From Callorhinchus milii (Eukaryota), in assembly GCF_018977255.1 (NCBI RefSeq), contig NW_024704743.1, positions 78,184,001 through 78,248,000 on the forward strand: a stretch of DNA of 64,000 nt, in the 5' to 3' direction. Below are positions 37,899 to 50,508 of this stretch, piece by piece. Below the pieces are notes generated by a model, which made no database searches, had not been told where the DNA came from, and was given only the letters and a program-made list of their open reading frames with translations. The translations under genes were made by a program, and so were the position numbers. Position 1 is the first letter of the stretch; every line of letters starts with the position of its first letter.

Positions 37899-38210
37899 AG
37901 CTGGGCTCAGTGATTAGAGCACTCGCTTTGCAAGCGAGAGACCTGAGTTCAATTCCAGGCAGGGCGAAACCTTGGGCAAGTTTCCTTACTCCACACAGAG
38001 CCTAATAATAATCCCTCCAAAAAAACAAAACAATAATAAATTGGTCATTTTCAATCTAAGACTGTTTGTGGGACATTGATGTGCGCAATTGGCTGCCGCG
38101 TTCGCCCACAAATATACAGTCAATTCACTTTACAGTGTGTTCTGTGAAGCGCTTTGGGACGTCCTCCCGACGTGAAAAGCGCTATATCAAATGCAAGGAT
38201 TATTATTATT
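37899..38210 (+). mobile_element. tRNA-Ala SINE, young short form, inserted in a CR1 tail
   Basis: Near-identical to the copy at 8107-8414. Flanked by an ATCGT direct repeat (37894-37898 and 38211-38215). Confidence 0.92.
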
Positions 38211-39584
38211 ATCGTGTTTGTCCCAGGACTTTTAAAGAGCAATCCTTATGGTCCCATTACTCCATACCCTTGTAGCTTATTCTGATTCCAGGTTGCAACT
38301 GCTGGAAAGCTCGTGACAGGCAGGCTGGGACACAATCAGAATTTGTACAGCCCTTCGATCCTCTCTGCCTATGGTCATGGATAAAGAACATCCATTTGAG
38401 CGAGGTACTCGTGGACTGCTATCCCCGGGGGTGGGGGGAGTCAAGTTCAGCAAAAGCTTCACTCCGTTTGGGAGAGCAAGAGGTCTGAAGGAGACCCTCA
38501 TTGTTTAAAGTGACACTGTTTTGTCCTGCACTAATCTCATCCTGTAACTACGTTCAGCAGCCTCCCTCCCAAGACTGAAGACAAACATGTTGGTAAGTTT
38601 GGAAAGCTTTGGTTTTTAAAGAACTATTGATTCAGATGACATTTTAGGGGTTTGGTGGCATACTTTCCAGAAAGTTATGACAAAATAAATAAAAATGCAG
38701 ACTTTGGTCTCTAAGAGTTTTGGCCAATTCCTCTGCTTTCCAATGCTTCCAAGTGTAGAAGTGGGAGAAGGAAAAGCTGCAGATCAACAGCGCAATTCTT
38801 GGGCTTAACCACGAAGGAAGTCAAGTTCCTCAGTGATTCAAGATTTCACAAGCTTATTCAGCAATTGGGGTCTCATTCTGGTCAAACTTGGACAATGGGA
38901 AGCTGTAACCTATGAAGAGCACTGACGTCTCCAGCTACAATTTTTTTCTGCATTTGAGTCAGACTTACAAAAGCAGGAATTGGCATGGATTTGTTACGTT
39001 AAAAAAAAGTAGTCAAGTGATTGAGCTGCAAATAACTTAAATTTACATATCATACAGACAGAAGCTTCACTGTCAAAAGAAAAGCTTACTTATGGAGCAG
39101 CACAAATGCAGACTGAAGAGAATAAGCTAAAAATATACACAACATAGCTGTGTTACATAATAATAATCCTTCATTGGCAATAGTGACTTTCACATCAGGA
39201 AGATGTCTCAAAGCACTTCACAGGATTTACTGTAAAGCGTAGTGACTATTTGTAGGCAAACATGGCAGCCAATTTGCACACAACAGTGTTCCATAAACAA
39301 CCATGAAGTGAACAATAAATTGGAACACTCGCGTTTCCAATTACAACTTTTTTTTTACTGCATTTGAGTCAGACTTACGAAATCTGGAATTGGCATGGAT
39401 TTGTTATTTTTAAAAAATGTACTCAAGAGCTTGAGCACCTGTAGCACCTTTCACATTGGGAGGACATCCAGAGGTCCTGGACAGTCGAGGGTTTGCACCA
39501 ATATTACCTAGGGAATTGCTGGTCAGGACATGGGGAGAAACTCTCTTATCATAATGATAACATATCCTTGAGGCACAAAGTATT

Positions 39585-40692
39585 CTCACATCTCTCACAC
39601 CGCCTGCACTTCATCTCCTCAAAGAGCTTCTCCTCTAGCCCCCGGACCGTCTCGTGCGTCGTTCCTCAGGGTTCTGTACTTTGTCCCCTCCTCTTCAACA
39701 TCTATATGCTCCCTTTTGGTGACATCATCCGCAGATATGGGGTCAACTTCCACATGTATGCAGATGACACCCAACTATACCTCTCTGCCTCCGCCCTGAA
39801 CTCGGGGACTACTTCTGTCCTGACAGAATGTCTGTCAGACATCAAGTCCTGGATGAGAGCTAACTGTTTTCAGTTGAACATCAACAAGACCGAGGCTCTC
39901 CTGATTGGCTCCTGTCAGCGCCTCCACACCTCAGGCGCTGACAGCATCACCATCCATGGTTGCACACTCCACGTTGCTAAGCCAGTCCGGAACCTTAGAG
40001 TCAGACCTTCAACTATACTTCCCACTCCACATCTGAACCATGATCCGATCTGTCTTCGCCCACTTACGCAACGTCGCCTGGCTTCAACACTGTCTCACAC
40101 CGCAGGCCACCGAAACCCTCATACACGCCTTCATTACATGAAGGCTAGACTACCAAACTCCCCAACTCCTCTCTCCACAGGCTGCAGATCATCCAGAACT
40201 CTGCAGCCCATGTCCTCTCCTGCACCAGGCTCCATGACCCTATCACCCCCATCCTTGCCCAACTCCACTGGCGTCCCATCACAGAGGATACAGTTCAAGA
40301 TCCTGGTCCTCACCTTCAACTCTGTCCATGGTCTTGCTCCTCCCTACCTCTCCGACCTCCTAACCCCCTACCACGCTGTTCGCTCTCTCCGCTCAGCAGG
40401 CTTCGGCCTGCTTCATATCCCCCGCCTTGCTCGCCCCACTATCGGCGGGCGGGCCTTCCGCCACTCTGCCCCCACCCTCTGGAACTCCATCCTGCAGTTC
40501 CTCCATCTCGCCCTCTCCATCACCACCTTCAAGACCCACCTCTTCGACTGCGCTTTTGATCTCCCGGTTTACCCCCCCGCCCTCCCCCCCTCCCCCACCC
40601 CAACCCTCAGCTCGGGTCTGTAACTGTCTGTCCAGCACCTTGGGACGTTCTCCCGATGTGAAAGGCGCTATACAAATGTAATTTTGTTGTTG
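39585..40692 (+). mobile_element. L2 LINE, 5'-truncated, frameshifted RT
   Basis: VPQGSVLCPLLFNIYM...HMYADDTQLY...NINKTE...GGRAFRHSAPTLWNS, then stem-loop and (GTT)n tail. Confidence 0.95.
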
Positions 40693-40910
40693 TGTTTCAC
40701 ACAATGGGTATGCTCAACTTAACAATGGTATATGAACAATCAAATAATACTCCATGTACATCTGCCATCTTCAATATATAAAATAACTATTCAGCATACA
40801 CACACACAAAATACCTCCCATTCCAGGAGGGAATTTTTAATGGACATAAGCAAGTATTACCATGAAATCTGACATGTATGCAAGTAGTGTTACTGCTCAA
40901 GTTTACCTAC

Positions 40911-41059
40911 CATCAATGGTGTCCACACACAGCTCGAGCCCAAGGTTGTACTGGGGGTTCATCACCCATAAGTTGCTAGTGGCAGTGATGTCAAAAACAA
41001 GCCAGCCATCTTCTGAGGCCCAAACTGTCCTCGTGTCCAGCAGGAACAGATCAGCATCT
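40911..41059 (-). CDS. BMP6: BMP6 coding exon 3 (prodomain)
   Basis: cag acceptor, gtaggt donor. [49 protein letters not shown](G). Confidence 0.95.
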
Positions 41060-41404
41060 CTGTCAAAGGGAATGACAAAATACATCATGTTAAAGCAAAA
41101 AACGCTTAAGTTACACTTGAAAGTGTTGAACATTTTATTCTCATCATATTAGAAGAAGGGGGAATTACCATATTGTGCATTATCCCTTGCTATTCTGCTC
41201 TAAGAAGTGCAATGAACATTGTATATTGGAAAAGAAAATAGACTCAATTGAGTCTGGCTTTCACAGAAGCAATTTGTTTCTCCAATGGTAATCGATTTAA
41301 AATCCTTACGACTTTCTTATGGAACTTTCAGTCTAGTCTTAAGCATGGTGATGTGTTTCAGCATATGTCAGACACCTGGCTTACCAGTTATTTGGAGAGA
41401 AAAA

Positions 41405-41790
41405 AAATTGCAATTTTATGGCACCTACATTGGCAAAGTGCCTCCAAGCACTTTGTAGTAATTACTGACACTCCGTGATAATGTAGGCATCCATTTTGTC
41501 CCCAGGAAAATTCTACAAACAGGCATAAAGGTGAGTAATCAATGTATCTGGAGAATTATTGACCAGGGGCTCAGAAGAAACGTCCTCATTTCAAACAATG
41601 TCGCAGAATCTGTAATATTCATCTGAACAGAACTTTGTTTTTTTTAATTTCTCAACCAAAGGATGGTATTTCCAAAATGCAGTTTTGTTCCAGTACTGCA
41701 CTGCAGTTCAGCCTAAACTGTGAGATCACATTCAGAATTTACAACCTTCTGACCCAGAGGCGAGAGTGCCACCAACTGAGCCAAGCTGAC
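41405..41790 (-). mobile_element. Degenerate DeuSINE-like copy
   Basis: Ends with 'gagagtgccaccaactgagccaagctgac', the reverse complement of the head. Body resembles 3862-4296. Confidence 0.65.
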
Positions 41791-42142
41791 ATGTACTGGA
41801 ATTATATTCACAAGTACAACTCTAATTAGTTGGCATTAGGTACTCAAATGTCTATAAGACTTGTGTTTCTTTAAATTATTACTCTGAGGGTAAAAAACAG
41901 AAGTTGCAATGTTAAAATCAAACATTCATCCCAATATAAATTAATTATGGCATTTCAATTCTGTAAATCTTCAAGTACAAGTTTCCCTTGAAAGACGTAA
42001 CAATTTTAAATTGCATACCATTGGAGAAACAAATTGCTCAATCGATTATCACATGATGCATCAAACATTGGCAAGTTATCCATTAAACTCTCAGACCTCT
42101 GCACATATACTGGTGATCTCAGCATTACCAAAAGCATGAGCT

Positions 42143-42440
42143 ACAACAACTTGCACTTATATAGCTCCCTGCACACGGGCTAGTATCCTGGAGCTGCAGA
42201 CAGGGAGTCTGACCCCAAGCCTGGGGGAGATGACTGTAAGCACAATCAAAAAGGAAGGTCTTTAGGTGGGGTTTGAAAGTGAGGAGAATGGGGGCAAAGC
42301 AGAGAGATTGAGAGATTGCACTTTGGGGTCTAGTGGCTGAAAATACAGTCGCCGATGGTGGAGCGGAGGAGACGAGGGACAAATAGGAGGCCGGAGCTAG
42401 CCGAGTGGAGGCAGCAGGTGCTGGAGTTGGGTGGAGGGAT
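42143..42440 (-). mobile_element. L2 3' fragment
   Basis: 'caacaacttgcacttatatagc' tail. The - strand translation contains FKPHLKTFLF. Confidence 0.7.
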
Positions 42441-43269
42441 GAGCAAATGACAGGAGTACTCACCACTATGCAGACACACTACTTGCTCTGGAAACATACC
42501 AACACTGTTCCCTGTTACTCCCCATTGCTTTCACTCCCTACACAACTGCGTAACTGGGCCCAAAATATTGGGCTGCGGATGATCGTCAATAATAATTATC
42601 CTTACATTTTATATAGCGCTTTTCATGTCAGGAGGATGTCTCAAGGCATTTATCAGCATATACTGCAAAGTGTAGCAACTATTTGTAGGTGAAGGTGGCA
42701 ACCATTAACTCCAAGCACTTCAGTTTGACAAATTAAACCAGTATATAAAATCACCAGATAACAACAACAAATTACATTTGTATAGTGCCTTTCACATTGG
42801 GAGGACGTCCCAAGGCGCTGAAATGGATGGATACAGGTGGTTAAAGTTCAAGTCATAAAATAGAAAGTACAGAAAAGCACACTAAATGGGAACTCCAGGT
42901 TCTCTGACTTAGGGTAGATATGGATGACACAGTATTCAGCTTTTTGGCAAGGTGTAAACAAAGAATCATTGCACTTAGGCAGGACCAAAATTTCAATGCA
43001 GTTAGAAAGTGAAATATTGCTGCCATCTCAGATTCGGTGGAGGTTTTAATGGCAGCATTAACTTAAAATCAAGCATTTATTCCAGAATCAATACTAGACT
43101 ATGAACTCACATCTTTATGTCCTTGGAGTACAAATTATTTCTCAATTGATAGTGTGAGCTCTCACCTGTACACACAATAAGACTCACCAATATTTAAACA
43201 GGCCACTAGAGGGAGAAGTCAGTGAAGTCCTCTATCTAAAGGTCATGGAGGAAACACAGCTCAACAAGG

Positions 43270-43830
43270 CAAGACCAGCTCAACTGAAGTACTCATTACC
43301 ACCCATGATGGAAGTAAATCAGCCACGCTCAGGGGTATACTTTGTGTGTCTTCTTGACCTCTACTGTCTTCAACACTGACGACCACTCTCTTACTTGATC
43401 TTCTCTTCGTCCCTTGTGGGACTGCACTCTCCTGGTCCTAATCCTAAATTTCCCATCGTTTCCACTTTTCCTTCAATGGCTTCGCCTCCTACCTCCATAC
43501 AATCACCTGCAGCATACCACTGGGATTTATCCTGGGTTCCCTCCTCTTCCTCACTTGCATGATATATCGGCATACATTGGGGGTAAGTTTCTACACAAAA
43601 TTTCCAAAAGAGCTTTCTTCACCTCCACCACATTGCCCACCTCTGTCTCTATCTCACCAAATGCCTCCAAAATCCTCATTCATGCCTTTGTTACCTCCCA
43701 CATCGAATTTTCAAATGCATTTCTTGTCAGTCTCCGTAGTTCAACCATCCATAAGATCCAACTTACCCAAAACATGACCCACGTCCTCACCTGCACAAAA
43801 CTTGGCACATCCATCACTTGGCTCACATCC
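43270..43830 (+). mobile_element. Old L2 RT fragment
   Basis: Degenerate LLDL and ASKILIHAFVTSHIEFSNAFL...IHKIQLTQN motifs. Confidence 0.7.
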
Positions 43831-45970
43831 TTAACCACAATAAGCTTAATTTGCCAATTTTGGCCAGGCCCTTTCTATTTGCTTTTATTTAAAAACCGTG
43901 AAACCTTACCTGGCAGACCACATCTATGGTCACCTCCCTTTTCTTTCTGCACACTTCTTTTAAGAACTACAGAAATAAAACTTCAAAATTCAGATTGAAT
44001 TTGACAATTTGCCAAATTCTGGACACATCAGAATGCGTCATAAAACAGAGCAACTCCAGACGCAGGTGGAATTTCTCACCGGCATTTCCCATATTTGTTT
44101 TGATGTTATCGACAGCAAAAGCACTAAGCCACAAATCCACCCCAATAATAGCACAAAACCTCACACTGTAACACAGTCCCAACGCTCCTATGACTCACTT
44201 TTAAAATGTGTAATTAATGGGGTGTTTCCAAGTGGTCTAGTCAGTGCTTATCGGCAGCAGACCTCACCCTTTTCATCTATGTTTCAGTACAAGCTATTTC
44301 AGTACATACCCTATTTTCACAAGCTACTCCCATTTACTCAGATCTAGTTGTTGACAATAGGAGCTCTTACATTTGAGAAAAAAAAGGAAAACTGGAGTTG
44401 AAACTGTTAGTGATGCATTTAACCTTTATTAAAAATAATGGCAATCATTATTAAAAATAGTGCTTTTTCATTCATAGGACCCAACAGGATATAGCATGTC
44501 TCTTGACGTTATGCTTCCCATAGTAATTACTTATGAAGACAGTAGTGTTTCGGCACTTCATATAAGGGACAATTCAAAGTTTGCTTGTGAAAGGAAAAAA
44601 AAAGGAACACATGATTTAATACTAACATAATACCATCTATTGTGTGTATTTGGCAACCTACAAAATGCCTATTTGTTTCTCTCCAATTAAGCATGAAATT
44701 AGATTATTCATAACCTTTGAAAACATCATAAGGGTGGATGCATTAGATCCATGCACTAACACAACGCCCAGAGGCAATATCAGCTACTGAGTTGCTACTC
44801 AGTGAACTGAGAACTAAACTACACTTTGACCTGTTGTAATGGTGATTAACTTCTCAGCACCAATCTGAGGAAACTGGTCAGATAAAGCTGTCTGAGCAGT
44901 CAATCGCAGATCTATACTTCCCACTGTTTAAATAAAGTTACCCACATACTTAAAACTTTATCTATTCACGACAGTCAAATCCTGTTCAATGTGTGACTAG
45001 TTTGTCAAGGAAGTTAAGGTTAGGTTATGATTTCTTTAACCTAAAACAGAAAATAAAAATAAACTAATTGGAAAATCGTTGTACCCTCATCTCATTTAAA
45101 ACTATTATTAATACTATAATAATAATACTTGCATTTGATGTAGTGTTTTTCAGATAAGGAGGAAGTCTCAATGTGCTCACAGGAGCATGAGGGTCCAAAA
45201 GTTTACTGATTCTGTATTTTGTAGATGAACACTGTAGCCAACTTGTGTACAGCAATGTTCCCTTAAGCAGGTTCCCTTATACAGCATCTGCTTCCTTGAC
45301 CCCATCCCCACCCCTATCCTCCAAATCCACCTCCTTGCCCCCCACTAACAGACATTGTTAACCTCTCTCTGTCCACCGCACTGTACCCATCTTGCAGCCC
45401 ACCTGATTTCATCCCTCCAGAATCCCCACCCGACTGTCCCCCATACCTACATCAAGCTACAATTCAATACAAAATAAACTGAACACATAGCAATATGTAG
45501 TTTTTTTTAAATTCAAAGTTACTCTTTAAATGGGCTCCAGTACTTTCGTTAAGTGTGTCAATGGAAAGCTGGGAAGTGTTGTATTCCAGGAGTGTTGTCC
45601 TTTGAATCCAACTGGCTACTTGACTGTGGATAAAACATTAAGCTGAGGCTCTATCTGCCTGTCTTCAATTTCCCCTCAAGGAGGAAACCAAATGCTACCT
45701 TGGCTGAGATCAGGTGAACTCAACACAGACCAGGATTCAATTCTACAACGTTATTGTCCTATCTGTATGTCTCAATGCTGTCCTAGGCAGTAACTTTACC
45801 CAATAGGGCATTAGAGAGTCACTGGTGGGAAAACCAAGAGCAGCAAATCCTCTTGAATGAGAAAGACTTACGATACCAGGTGACACCAAACAGAAGGGTT
45901 GGGTGAGGCGGGGGGAGGAGTGGGAAGCAAATACAACAAATTATTGTCTAAACACCAGGCTGTCTCTCAC

Positions 45971-46163
45971 CTGTTTACATGTCGATGCAGCACCTGGAAG
46001 ATGCGCACCTCAAAGGTTTCATTCTCAAAGCGACCTCTGACCCAGTCCTTGTAGATACGGAATTCTGCGGCTGTGACGGCCTCGCCCTCTGGAATCCGCG
46101 ACAGGTTAAATTTGTATTCCTTGTGATGCCGTTGGTAGTGAGAAAATCCTGCGTCGTATTCAA
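45971..46163 (-). CDS. BMP6: BMP6 coding exon 2 (prodomain); exon 1 lies beyond position 64000
   Basis: ggcag acceptor, gtgaga donor. (V)[63 protein letters not shown](R). Confidence 0.95.
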
Positions 46164-48253
46164 CTGCCAAATACAAAGAGATTTGGAATCTTGTCAGCAA
46201 GTCCTAAAACCTACTCAATCAAAGAACATTTCACAGCACCCCACTTAAAGGGGAAAAAAAACTCCCAAGAGAGAGAACAGTCCATCTCTGGAACCGCTGA
46301 CACGCATTAGTATTTACTGAGCTGCACCACTGTATCCCTGATACACGCAACTCACTGGGCACATCAAGGATCCAGCCAGGTGGCTTTTGTGCATTAGTAT
46401 AGACAGCTCATTCAGTAAATCTGACCTCATCTGTGTAGTAACAGCTGTACCAGCTTACAGCAGAAAGACACACAGCCTCCATTATATCACCCAGCCTAGC
46501 AACAAGGGGGGAAAACATCCCCAGCATCAACCCCCTTCTCCTCCCTTGTATTACTGTCCTGGATTTACATGTTCTTTGCCACCTGTTCTCCCATCACAGA
46601 TCACTGTTAAGCCACCTAGCCAAGACCCAAGGGAATACTGACCTAATGGTTACGTGTGTTTGCGGGAAAAGCTACTGGGGAAGGGGCTCTTGGTCGCATG
46701 GTAGATCGTGTGGGTGATGCTTCATGTCCCCACCTCAACCCACCCACCATCTCCCCCCACCCGCCCCCACTCCGGTTAAAACCCCCCCCTTTTAAAAAAA
46801 CACAAAACAAAAGTGCATTTTCTTTCTGTTTCCCTTATCTACATTTAAAGAACCCAGAAGGTAGCCTCAAGGTATTCATGCCAAAATACCAACATACTGT
46901 ATCTATGTTAATAAAACAATTTGCATTTTCCTGGTGACTTTGTGGAAATATGCACCACCTGAGGCTCAAAATGCCACCTCGTCTTAACCTGAAAGGCCAT
47001 TCTGTCTTAAAATGCAAGAGTGTAGAAAATTGTGGAATATTCTTCAATGGAGTCTTAATTTAAAAGCTGTTTTTCCACAATCTTTAAAATTTGATATCAT
47101 AAGACTTGCTCCTTTGCCACATTCAACTGGAATTTAAAATAAAATTCTCAGGAAACTTGACCAAAAATGCATTGTGAATGAAGAATCCTGAATGCCATAT
47201 AAAGGGAGTGTTCATTCACGGAGAAATTTTCTGAGCAAGCTATGTGAGCTTCTCAAAGTTAAGGATGTGTATGTGATTATTGCCAGAGTTTATGGAAACT
47301 GATACACTCAACACCTCCATGGCTAACCTAAATATTAGGGAAGCATTAAAAGATAGTAGGTGAGTAGCTACTGGCTAGTTTCATTCAACACTTAGACAGT
47401 AGTTTTTAAAAATTTCTAGCTTTGGTTAGGTTCTTGGACGTGGGACGGGGAATGAGGTAGAAGAAAGGATCCTGACCAGGCTCAACTAATTACCTTAAAG
47501 ACACGTCTGGTTTTCCCACCTCAAAGATCAGTAGAAGCAGCTAAAGATAAAAGGGTACCAAGCTCCGCTATTCAACATAAACTTCCAAGAAATTTCAAGC
47601 CTAAAGCAGTGAGGTAATAATAATAATCCTTGCATTTGATATAGCGCTTTTCATGTCTTCGACGTCTCAAAGCACTTCACAGAATAGACTGTAAGGTGAA
47701 TTGACCGTATATATTTTGTGTGCAAAAGGTTTAGCACATGTGCACATTCTGTCACATCTTCGGGTCATACAATTCCTCACCTTTTCTTAAAAATAAACCA
47801 ACCTAGAAATTTTTGAAATCTCGAGCACAGTCTGAAGCTCGCTTTATTATCTCTAGCAAATTTACTCACAACAAATCATAGACACACACTTCACCTTCTT
47901 ATCTGAGCTCCTGGTTGACAAAAAGCAGGATTTTCTTCCCTCCCATTAAAGTGAACTAAATAAAAAAAAACTTAGCGGAGCTGGCAACCATTTTAGCTTC
48001 ATCTGTACAGCATTTAAGCTTTCAGACACAAAATCATTAACATCTTCTAAAATTTAAAGGACAACCCAGTAAAACTGCAGCACATAAGATTTTGTCTTTG
48101 CAGTTGAACAGTTTGGGCAGTACATCGTGTCAAATCTATTTAAAACCATCTCCATTAAATAATATTTACTAGAATTAAAATCCTTCAGATTTATTTCACA
48201 GATTAATGGTTTAGGATGGAAAGGGAAAATCCCCTTTCCTAAATATGAATCTT

Positions 48254-48925
48254 AACAACAACAACTTGCACTTATATAGTGCCCTCCACGCAGGGCAGTG
48301 TCTCAAAGTGCTAAACAGTGGTGGAGCCTGACTCCGAGCCAGGGTGGGGAGAGATGGACATAAGCACGGTAAAGAGGAAAGTTTTCAAGTGGGACTTGAA
48401 AAGGGGGAGAGAGGGGACAAGGCAGAGGGATTGAGAAAGAGTGTTCAAGAGTTTTGGGGATTAGTGGCTGAAAGCACAGCCTTCGATGGTGGGGAGGAGG
48501 GTGTGACTGATAAGCAGGAGGCCGGTGGATTGGGGAGTGAGGAGGTTGAAGAGGTAGATAGGTGCCAGGGAGTGAATGGATTTGAACATGAGTGTAAGTA
48601 TCTTGAACTTGATCCATTTGGTGATGGGGAGCCAGTGGAGCCTGGTCAGAACCGGTGAGATGTGGGTACAGAGTTTGGTCAGTATGCGGGCAGCAGAGTT
48701 TTGAATGAGCTGGATCTTTTGAATAGTGGAGCTGGGGAGGCTGGCGAGGAGTGGGTTGGAGTAATCCAAGCAGAAGGTGACAAATGCGTGCATGAAGGCG
48801 TAGGTGGAAGAAGGCGGTCCTGGTCAGCGACTGGATGTGGGGGAGGAAGGACAGCTGGGGGTTGAATCAGACCCCTATACTGTAGATTGCACACTGAGTC
48901 TGAGGGAGAGCCCCGGGAGGTTGAG
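48254..48925 (-). mobile_element. L2 LINE 3' fragment
   Basis: HAFVTFCLDYSNPLLASLP...KIQLIQNSAARIL...LHWLPI...FKIL, with a (CAA)n tail at 48254. Confidence 0.92.
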
Positions 48926-49225
48926 GAGTTTAGTACTTAATACTGTACATTGCTACTGTGTGATTGATGGAGGAATACTTCAAAGGATACGTGTTTTATA
49001 GGTCATGTTAATTTATTAATGCAACTGGATTCCAAAATGTAAATCATGACTTGTTAATATTAGTAAGCTAGGTCATCATTAGTTTCTTTGAAGTTTATTT
49101 TCATGTAAATTGACTTAGGTCCACCCCCAAATGAGATGAGAGGCCAATGCCCCTTTCAGAGTTTCACTGGCGATTCTTTCCCCTCCCTCACAATCTTCCT
49201 ACTGCACCAAACGGGTCAACCCTGG

Positions 49226-49690
49226 TGTGTCAGTTTAGTGCAGTCAGTAGCACTCTCACCTCAGAAGTCTGATTATACTGAGTTCAAGCACTACATCCAG
49301 ACTTTGAGCTCATAGTCTAGACTAGGGATGACCAACTTGCCTATTTTATGCATGCGAAATGCAGCCCACAAGTTGGCCATCCCTGGTCTAGATGTTCCAA
49401 TGCGAGAGGTTGCGCTGCATTATCAGACGGCAGTGCCGGCCTTCTGATAAAACATTATTCATCCGAGGTCCCGTCCACCTGTTCAGGAAGACGTTAAAGA
49501 TCACGTGGCATTGTTCAAACAAAGCAAGTTTCTCCCAGTGTCCTGACCTACAATCTCACTTCATAACAGTTTGTAGGACAATACTGTGGCTGCCAGGTTT
49601 ACCCAAAACGGTACAGTGACCACTTAACAGAAGCAATCTAAAGCACTGTTTGATGTGGTAATGGGTGCAACTATTAAATCCCAGGATTAT
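49226..49690 (+). mobile_element. DeuSINE-like copy carrying a nested MITE
   Basis: Head 'gtagcactctcacctcag...gagttcaagc' and Deu-like 'ccgaggtcccgtccacctgttcagg...gttaaagatcacgtggca'. Confidence 0.7.
49323..49385. mobile_element. 63-bp hAT (Charlie-like) MITE
   Basis: 17-bp TIRs (tagggatgaccaacttg / caagttggccatccctg, 2 mismatches) and 8-bp TSD gtctagac / gtctagat. Confidence 0.85.
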
Positions 49691-50508
49691 TAATCCTCAA
49701 GATTATTTTCCACAATGCTACTCATAGCTAGTATCATGTACAACATGAAGAGATTCAGCACAAAGTATTCCAACAAAATAAGCCTCAAGCCCACCTTCAG
49801 AAAAGTACATCTTACTGCATTGCGGCTTTTCAGTCAATTCTTCTGGCCTCTCTGAGTAAGATTGTCTATCTGTACTAAATCATAGGAATGACTGATCAGG
49901 TCAATCTTTTCATGCAACTGTTTTCCCTGTCAATGGTCTTCCAAGTGTTCTCTAATGTCCTAGATTACAGCACAGAATAAGAGATTACAGCACTGAAACA
50001 AGCCATTCTTTTCATATCCTCCCTCTTCAAGCATCTATAATTTTAATAGAATTCATGGACTGCTTCAGTTTGTGGCAGAGAATTCCAAATTCCCACCACC
50101 TTCTGTCTGAAGATTCATTTTCTTCATTCTTTTTGGGATCTTCTTACACGTCAGTCTTTGTTATCTGTTTACTGAGGAGTGGAAATAATCTTATCACTAT
50201 TTACTCTATAATAACCCTTCATAAGCATGAAGACCGCCATCAAATCACTATATAATTTTTTTTAAGATGAATTTTACTCTGTTGTCCTTTTTTGTCTGTA
50301 CATAAAATTGAGTTCCTATCAATGCTTCCCTGTCTCAGTTGGAAGCACTCTCAGCTCTATATAGTCTAGAGAGTGACCCTCTAACCCAGTGCTGGGGGAA
50401 TTCTGTCACTGACAACATATAAAGCAGACCTATGGATCATTTTGAGAGCTGCCCACTGCAGGAGCAGTGTTCTGCAGAATGCCACTTTGACAGCCCATGC
50501 TCATCTCC

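Noticed and set aside
39493..40623. 376-aa ORF as a host gene or active RT
   Set aside because: It is a 5'-truncated L2 ORF2 that drifts out of and back into frame, and it has no endonuclease domain.
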